The notes under the pieces were generated by a model. It was not told the DNA's origin. It did no database searches and saw nothing but the letters and a program-made list of their open reading frames with translations. A program made the translations under genes and the position numbers. Shown here piece by piece: positions 26,206 through 32,000 of a stretch of DNA of 32,000 nt. The stretch's first letter is position 1; each line of letters begins with the position of its first letter. This stretch comes from Candidatus Iainarchaeum sp. (lineage in GTDB: Archaea; Iainarchaeota; Iainarchaeia; Iainarchaeales; CSSED10-239): NCBI GenBank assembly GCA_037441475.1, contig JBBISB010000001.1, positions 216,418 to 248,417 of the forward strand, in the 5' to 3' direction.

Positions 26206-26295
26206 TCATAAGTTATTCAACTCCGTTTTTTTTTATATTTTGTTAAGAATGGCTTTTTCTTTTTTTTAAAAAAAAGAAAAAACCAAAATAAGTAT

Positions 26296-27600
26296 TTAAG
26301 GCTTATACCTTACCATTGTTCTTGGGAAAGGAATAGCGTCCTTAATGGTGTCAGCTTTTATGATGTAAGAGATTATTCTTTCAACACCCATACCAAAACC
26401 AGAGTGAGGAACAGAACCATACTTTCTTGTGTCAAGATAGAAGTCATACTGTGAGACATCCTCTCCATCTTTTTCAAGTCTTTCAATTATTTTTTTAATA
26501 TCATCCTCTCTTTCACTTGCACCAATAATCTCACCATAACCTTCAGGACCAATACAGTCAAAACCTAGAACCACTCTAGGGTCTTTAGGGTCTTCCTTCA
26601 TGTAAAAAGCCTTTACTTCCTTAGGGTATCTTGTGATGATTATAAAGGTATCATACATCTTTGATAAAAGATCTTCTTCAACTGTTCTTAGGTCTTTACC
26701 CCACTTAACTTCCATGTCATGCTCTTTCTTTAAAATATTTATTGCCTCTGAATAGGTCATTTTTACGAAAGGTTTTGAGATTGCTGTTTTTAAAACTTCA
26801 ACATCTCTCTTTAAGGTTTTAAGATCCTCTTCATGATACTTAATAACATCAGAGATTACTTTTTTTATTAAACCCTCAGCATGTACTTGAAGTTCTTCAA
26901 AGTCAACCCATGCACCTTCCATTTCAGCATGCCAATATTCAGCTAAATGTTTTGTGGTTTTTGATTTTTCAGCTCTAAAAGAAGGAGCTAAAGTGTATAT
27001 TCTCTCTAAAGAAAAGATTGCAGGCTCTGCATAAAGCTGCCATGTCTGTGCTAGAAAAACACCTTTCTTTCCAAAGTAATCAACATGGAAAAGACTTGAA
27101 CCTCCTTCACATTGAACAGATTGAAGAGTTGGTGATTGATATTCATAAAAGTCTTGACTTCTGAAATAATCATGGATAGCTCTAAAGACAGTTGATCTTA
27201 TTTTTAAGATAGCTTGCATTTTTCTTGATCTTAGCCATAGGTGTCTTACATCTAAAAGAAACTCTTCAGAGAAGTCCTTTGATATTGGATAGGTTTCTGA
27301 AAGGCCTACAATATCTAAATCTTTAATATCTATTTCATATCCTTGAGGAGCTCTCTCTTCTTTTCTTATAGTTCCTTTTAAAGATATTGAGGACTCTACA
27401 GTTATTTTTTGTGATTTTTCAAAAATTTCTTTTGAAACTTTTTCTTGATCACACACAAGCTGTATAACTCCAGTAACATCTCTTAAGGTTATAAAGACTG
27501 TTGTTTTTTGGTCTCTGTACCTATGTACCCAACCTCTTAAAAAAACCTCTCCTTCTTTTTTTTCAAGAGATTCTTTTATTGATAAATATTTTTTTTCCAT
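26296..27600 (-). CDS. asnS: Asparaginyl-tRNA synthetase
   Basis: Class IIb layout with an N-terminal OB fold. PSFRAEKSKTTKHLAEYWHAEME is the AsnRS-type motif 2 region. Motif 3: GFGMGVERIISYI...IPFPR. Confidence 0.85.
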   Translation of the reverse strand: MEKKYLSIKESLEKKEGEVFLRGWVHRYRDQKTTVFITLRDVTGVIQLVCDQEKVSKEIFEKSQKITVESSISLKGTIRKEERAPQGYEIDIKDLDIVGLSETYPISKDFSEEFLLDVRHLWLRSRKMQAILKIRSTVFRAIHDYFRSQDFYEYQSPTLQSVQCEGGSSLFHVDYFGKKGVFLAQTWQLYAEPAIFSLERIYTLAPSFRAEKSKTTKHLAEYWHAEMEGAWVDFEELQVHAEGLIKKVISDVIKYHEEDLKTLKRDVEVLKTAISKPFVKMTYSEAINILKKEHDMEVKWGKDLRTVEEDLLSKMYDTFIIITRYPKEVKAFYMKEDPKDPRVVLGFDCIGPEGYGEIIGASEREDDIKKIIERLEKDGEDVSQYDFYLDTRKYGSVPHSGFGMGVERIISYIIKADTIKDAIPFPRTMVRYKP

Positions 27601-27908
27601 ATTTAATTGTCTCCATATAATTTTCTTTGTTTTTTAAAAATTTTTGTTTTTGTTTAAAATAATCATTAAATAAAAATATATCTAGATATCCTTAATTTCT
27701 TTTTTAAAAAAAGAACACAATAGATATTTAATAAACCGATAAATATAAATTTCTCTCCCTTAAAGGAGATTAAAGTTAACTACAGAAAATAAGTAGATTT
27801 TTGAAAATCTTGTTCTTGATAAAAGTATTTTGAAATACATAAATAACTATAAGAATCAAAATATTTATAAATACTTTGAAAAGAAGAAAAAAAGTTAAAA
27901 AATTATTT

Positions 27909-30143
27909 TTACTTATATCTTTTCATAACTAAAGAGTTTAATACAACTGAAACAGAACTAAAGGCCATTGCTATGCCTGCAACTATGGGGTTTAATAAGA
28001 AACCATAAGAAAAGTAAAGAACACCAGCTGCAATCGGTATACTTACAACATTATAAAAGAAAGATAAAAATAAATTTTGTTTAATCTTTTTAATAGTGTA
28101 CCTGCTTAAAGCTATGGCTTTTTAAACATCTCTTAAATCATTTTTAATTAAAACAATCTCTCCAGTCTCAATTGAAATATCAGTGCCTGCACCTAAAGCA
28201 ATACCTATATCAGCTTTTGCAAGAGCAAGAGCATCATTGATACCATCCCCTACCATTGCAACTACTTTTCCTTGATTTTGAAGTTTTCTAATTTCTTTTT
28301 CTTTATCACCAGGCAAAACCTCTGCTAAAAAATAATCAATTCCTACTTCTTTTGAAATTGCACTTGCTGTCTTTTGATTATCTCCTGTTATCATTATAAC
28401 TTCTAGGTTCATTTCTTTTAATTTTGAAATTGCTTCAACAGATGTTTTTTTAATAACGTCAAAAACTGCAATTAATCCTGAAACTTTATTATCAACTGCA
28501 AGAAGCATTACTGTTTTACCTTGATTTTCTAAAGCTTCCATTTCATTTAATATATTAGGAGATATTAGAATATTATTTTTTTGCATTAGTTTTTTATTTC
28601 CAAAATAAATATGTTTATTATTGTATTTTACAAAAAGACCATGCCCTGTTATTGATTCAAAGAAAGCAGGATTGTTTACAACAATATTTTCTTTAGAAGC
28701 TTTTTTTAGAATTGCTTCTGAAAGAGGATGTTCTGAATTTTTTTCAGCAATTGCAGCATACTCTAAAACTTCATTAACAGATAATTTTTCAAAATTTAAA
28801 ATATCTGTAACAACAGGCTTACCTTCTGTTAATGTACCGGTTTTATCAAAAACAACTGTATTTATCTTATATGCATTTTCTAAAGCTTGGGAATTTTTTA
28901 TTAAAATACCGTTTTCTGCACCCTTCCCAGTTCCAACCATTATTGCTGTTGGGGTTGCAAGCCCAAGCGCACAAGGACATGCAATAATAAGGATTGCAAT
29001 AAATATGCTAAGAGAAAAAATTAGACTGTAAGAAAGAATAAAAAACCAAATTACAAAAGATAAAACAGCAATGAAGATTACAACAGGGACAAAATAATTA
29101 CTTACCTTGTCTGCAAGTCTCTCTATAGGGGCCTTACTATTCTGTGCATTTTCAACAAGAGTTATTATTTGGTTTAAAACAGTGTCTTTTACAACGTTTG
29201 TAGCTTTAAACCTGAAAGATCCAAGTAGATTTATGGTTGAACCAATAACCTTATCATCTATTGTTTTTTCCACAGGAATACTCTCTCCTGTAACCATACT
29301 TTCATCAACTGAAGAAGCACCTTGAACAATTACTCCATCAACAGGAATCTTTTCTCCAGGCTTAACTAAGATAATATCTCCTACAACAACCTCTTCAATT
29401 GATACTTTAACTTCTAAATTATTCCTAATAACAGTTGCACTCTTTACTTGAAGACCAATTAATTTTTTAATAGCATCAGAAGCTTTTCCTTTTGTAATTG
29501 CTTCAAGCCATTTACCTAAGATTATAAAAGTAATTATTATTGCATAAGTTTCAAAATAAACATGAGAGCCTAAAACTTCTGGAAAGAAAACTACAAAAAG
29601 ACTATAAAAGTAAGCTGCAGAAGTACCTATGGCTATTAAAGTATCCATGTTTAGGTTTTTATTTTTAATAGCAAGAAAAGCTCCTTTGTAAAACCTACTT
29701 CCTATGAAAAACTGAACAGGAGTTGCAAGGAGTAATAAAATAATATTTTCATAAGGAATGGTTACATGACCCCACATGAAAACCATTTAGATTATAAAAA
29801 TAGGTATTGTAAAGATTAAAGATATTAAAAATAGTTTTTTTAAATGTTTTATTTCTTTTTCTTTTTCTTTTTCTTTTTCTTTTTCTTTTTCTTTTTCTTT
29901 TTCTTTTAGATCTTTTAAAACTTCTTGATCTTCGTTATCTAAGATAGCCTCATACCCTAAACTTTTAATTACTGAAACACTCTTTTCATCTGATATTTTT
30001 TTTTCATCAAAATCAAAGGTTGCTTTTCCTGTTGCAAAGTTTATTTTTGAATCTATTGTAGAATCTATTTTTTTTAAATTATTATTGATATTGTTTACAT
30101 ATGAAGAGCAATGTATGCCTGTTATTAAATATTTTTTATTCAT
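27909..30143 (-). pseudogene. copA: Copper-type P1B ATPase (CopA-like): one 745-codon frame interrupted by two in-frame TAA codons (29787..29789 and 28122..28124)
   Basis: ORF-track pieces 29787..30143 and 28122..29786 abut in the same frame. My translation continues in that frame after the TAA at 28122: KAIALSRYTIKKIKQNLFLSFFYNVVSIPIAAG...AMAFSSVSVVLNSL...KRYK. CPC, DKTGT and [10 protein letters not shown] motifs are present. The N-terminal HMA motif is degenerate (GIHCSSYV). Confidence 0.8.
29852..29907. repeat. Hexanucleotide microsatellite (tttttc) x 9, coding (KE)9
   Basis: Read directly from the sequence: c every 6 nt from 29855 to 29903. It lies in the linker between the HMA domain and the first TM helix of the ATPase. 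Confidence 0.85.
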
Positions 30144-30936
30144 ACTTCTTCTCTTGAGCTTTATATGTTTTAAATATATCTAAAGATAGGATTTCTTCTT
30201 TATTTGTTTTAGAAGAATCATAAGTTATTAAAAAATTATTAAACAAAGAAAATTTAACCTCATAAAGACCATCAATTGTTTTAAGTTCATCTGTAATTAA
30301 CGGTGCGTGCCCTGAACAAGGAATATTAACTGATATTGAGAAAGTTTCTAATGAATCTTTATCACCGTTAGTTATTGGAAGAGCAGAAACATTCGCAAAC
30401 AATGGGAAGATAAACAAAAACAAGAAGATGTTTATACCTATGGTTAATCCATACATAGTTAAAAGATAAGCTTTCTTTTTTTTATTATACCTTTTAAAGA
30501 TAAAAGAGAGTTTTGTTTAAGATAGATTACTGATGTAAGTGTTGCAAAGAAAAGAGATATTATTATAAGTATGTAAAAGATGTTTGCATTCATTAAAAAA
30601 GGTTTAAAAAAATTAATTAAGACAGTTGAACCTAAGATAGATGCAATAATAAAAAATATACAACCAATATGTGGAATTATACCTAAGAGTATGCCTTTTT
30701 TTACAGAGTTATCTTTAATATCTGTTTTATAACCTAACTTGTTTATTTCCTTTTTAATATTTGTTAAAGAAATCTCATTTGATTTAAAGGATATTATTAC
30801 CTTATCATCACTTAGAATAGGGCTACCTTAACAATACCTTTCTTTTCTAAAAGAGAATCTTTAATGTTTAAAACACAACTTTTACAAGTAATGCCTTTTA
30901 CATCTATTGTAGCCGTGGTTAATTTTTTTTGTTCAC
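30136..30936 (-). pseudogene. HMA-domain / 3-TM / C-terminal HMA-like membrane protein, split by three 1-nt frameshifts
   Basis: Own translation gives three pieces. Piece 1: (GTG 30936) ..LTTATIDVKGITCKSCVLNIKDSLLEKKGIVKVALF*. Piece 2: GSPILSDDKVIISFKSNEISLTNIKKEINKLGYKT...GIIPHIGCIFFIIASILG...SLKGIIKKRKLIF*. Piece 3 is the ORF-track ORF 30136..30456. Adding one nt in each of three homopolymers joins all pieces. Confidence 0.6.
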
Positions 30937-30945
30937 ATAAAAAGT

Positions 30946-31004
30946 AACACTGAAACTACTTATATATAATTGTATGAAATTAGTTTCAAGGTTATTTCAG
31001 TGTT
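30946..31004. promoter_or_regulatory. 10-bp inverted repeat bracketing a TATA-like box between the regulator gene and the HMA/ATPase genes (putative operator/promoter)
   Basis: aacactgaaa (30946..30955) and tttcagtgtt (30995..31004) are exact reverse complements. ttatatataa lies between them. A nested gaaacta/tagtttc pair is also present. The right arm overlaps the regulator stop codon. Confidence 0.4.
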
Positions 31005-31488
31005 TTAAGATAACAACGTTTGTCATTCCACGTCTTTTTCTTTCAATGATATTTTTACCTTCAAGCTTATCAAGAAGCCTTGTAACCTTTACTTTTGAAA
31101 GTTTAGATTTATCAACAAGTTCTGATTGAAAAATGGTTCCTTTTGAGTCAAGAATATGGTTATAGATTAAAGCTTCTTCTTTATCTAAAGAAGCTAGTAT
31201 CTTAGAGGAATCTTTAAACTGTATTTGAGAGGTTTTTGAGATTATATCTTTTTGTTTGTTATTAAACTTATTTGAAAATATTAAATAAAGACCTAAAAGT
31301 AAAACAAAGATCATTATTCCTAAACTTATGCTTGTTTGAAAATTAATAGTACCCCACATAGGACATTCTGGGCCATGAGTACAGGAAGTTGCTACCATCT
31401 TTGTTAAGGCTTTATTAAAGGAATAGATAATGAAACCTATTAAGACAGAAATACCTATTATTAAATAACCTATATTTTTATTATCCAT
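30997..31488 (-). CDS. Membrane-tethered winged-helix transcriptional regulator with an inter-helix Cys/His/Met motif
   Basis: Two N-terminal TM helices flank ATSCTHGPECPMWG. The C-terminal part LIYNHILDSKGTIFQSELVDKSKLSKVKVTRLLDKLEGKNIIERKRRGMTNVV is a MarR/TrmB-like wHTH. Confidence 0.6.
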   Translation of the reverse strand: MDNKNIGYLIIGISVLIGFIIYSFNKALTKMVATSCTHGPECPMWGTINFQTSISLGIMIFVLLLGLYLIFSNKFNNKQKDIISKTSQIQFKDSSKILASLDKEEALIYNHILDSKGTIFQSELVDKSKLSKVKVTRLLDKLEGKNIIERKRRGMTNVVILKH

Positions 31489-31614
31489 GATAAATCATAT
31501 TGATTGAAACTTAATTTAAATTTTGTGTTTTAAAAAAAATATTATGTGATTAAAAATAATAAACAAAGATGGTATTAAATATTATAACTAATAAAAAATT
31601 TGTTTAAAAGAAAA

Positions 31615-31908
31615 CTAAAGATCAATATCTTTTCTAATATCCTCTAAAGATATACTTGACGAAAAGCCTTTCTTTTTAGCCTCATCCATAACCTGCCATA
31701 TAGAAAGATTATTTTCTTTAGAAACCTCTCCTAAAGACTTTTTTCCTTCAGACCATTCTTTTAAAGAAACTTCTAGTTTGTAATCAAGGTAAGAATTCAT
31801 TATAAGCTTTCTTAAAAAAGAAGAAGTATCTAAATGTTCTTTTTCAGCTAAATAAGTTATATCCTTATATACAGAATCTTTTAATCTTAGTGTAGTTGCT
31901 TTAAGCAT
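31615..31908 (-). CDS. Second RHH-like/UPF0175-like putative antitoxin (paralog of 24150..24509)
   Basis: TTLRLKDSVYKDITYLAEKEHLDTSSFLRKLI...KSLGEVSKENNLSIWQVMDEAKKKG aligns position by position with the first antitoxin. The ORF-track GTG 31917 lies inside an AGGTGAT SD, so ATG 31908 is the likelier start. Confidence 0.55.
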   Translation of the reverse strand: MLKATTLRLKDSVYKDITYLAEKEHLDTSSFLRKLIMNSYLDYKLEVSLKEWSEGKKSLGEVSKENNLSIWQVMDEAKKKGFSSSISLEDIRKDIDL

Positions 31909-32000
31909 TTTTATCACCTATTATTAATTTATAAAAGTGAGAGATAATTTCTTGTTTATAAAACCCATCTTTTGAAAGAAAGTTAATTGAAAATAAAATA
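31901..32000 (-). CDS. 3' end of a second PIN-like (DUF3368-type) toxin gene; the rest lies beyond the right edge
   Basis: Own translation: ...ILFSINFLSKDGFYKQEIISHFYKLIIGDKNA*. It resembles the C-terminus of the 24524..25027 protein (VYFIVRLYKDKYITREKAEFSINQL). Its stop overlaps the antitoxin start. Confidence 0.35.
   Translation of the reverse strand, partial: ILFSINFLSKDGFYKQEIISHFYKLIIGDKNA

Noticed and set aside
27601-27908. The 300-bp AT-rich gap between asnS and the ATPase 3' end, examined for a small RNA or hidden gene
   Set aside because: I saw only a weak 5-bp hairpin (tctcc-cttaaa-ggaga). There is no GC-rich structured segment, no ORF with coding character and no C/D-box arrangement. 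Most likely it holds the asnS promoter and the ATPase terminator.
28122-29789. Reassignment of TAA to a sense codon, suggested by two in-frame TAA codons in the ATPase
   Set aside because: TAA terminates many well-defined genes here at expected lengths: S19e, AsnRS, Hjc, DUF167, the SLT protein and the PIN-like gene. Local nonsense mutation or sequencing error is far more likely.

Overview
Visibly AT-rich archaeal chromosomal window (G+C not computed). The gene set is typically archaeal: Hjc resolvase, archaeal-type DnaG, Pth2, Kae1, r-proteins S19e/L31e/L39e, aIF6, prefoldin alpha and RNase P Rpp21. Together with Lys-rich protein tails and GGTGA Shine-Dalgarno motifs, this suggests a small-genome, DPANN-like archaeon; the lineage is inference. 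Most genes are on the minus strand. From left to right: SRP54 (truncated by the window edge), three small basic ORFs on the plus strand, then the conserved FtsY-pfdA-aIF6-L31e-L39e-S19e block. Next come Rpp21, tRNA-Gly(GCC), a membrane-anchored transglutaminase-like protein, an SdpI-like gene with an in-frame TGA, and tRNA-Val(UAC). These are followed by DnaG with a repeat-encoded low-complexity insert, DUF167, Hjc, Pth2, inorganic pyrophosphatase and Kae1. Two very large orphan secreted proteins follow (1287 aa, and 793 aa ending in a lysozyme-like SLT domain), then CysRS. The right-hand ~8 kb looks accessory. Two paralogous PIN-like/UPF0175-like toxin-antitoxin pairs bracket AsnA, AsnRS and a copper-type cassette. 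The cassette consists of a membrane-tethered wHTH regulator, an HMA-3TM-HMA-like gene and a P1B ATPase. Its two structural genes are broken by two in-frame TAA codons and three 1-nt homopolymer frameshifts. No CRISPR array, rRNA, transposase or integrase was seen. The points most worth a second look are the predicted extracellular lytic/adhesive gene set, the non-canonical and apparently decaying cop cassette with its unusual regulator, and the fact that ORF disruptions occur only in accessory genes.
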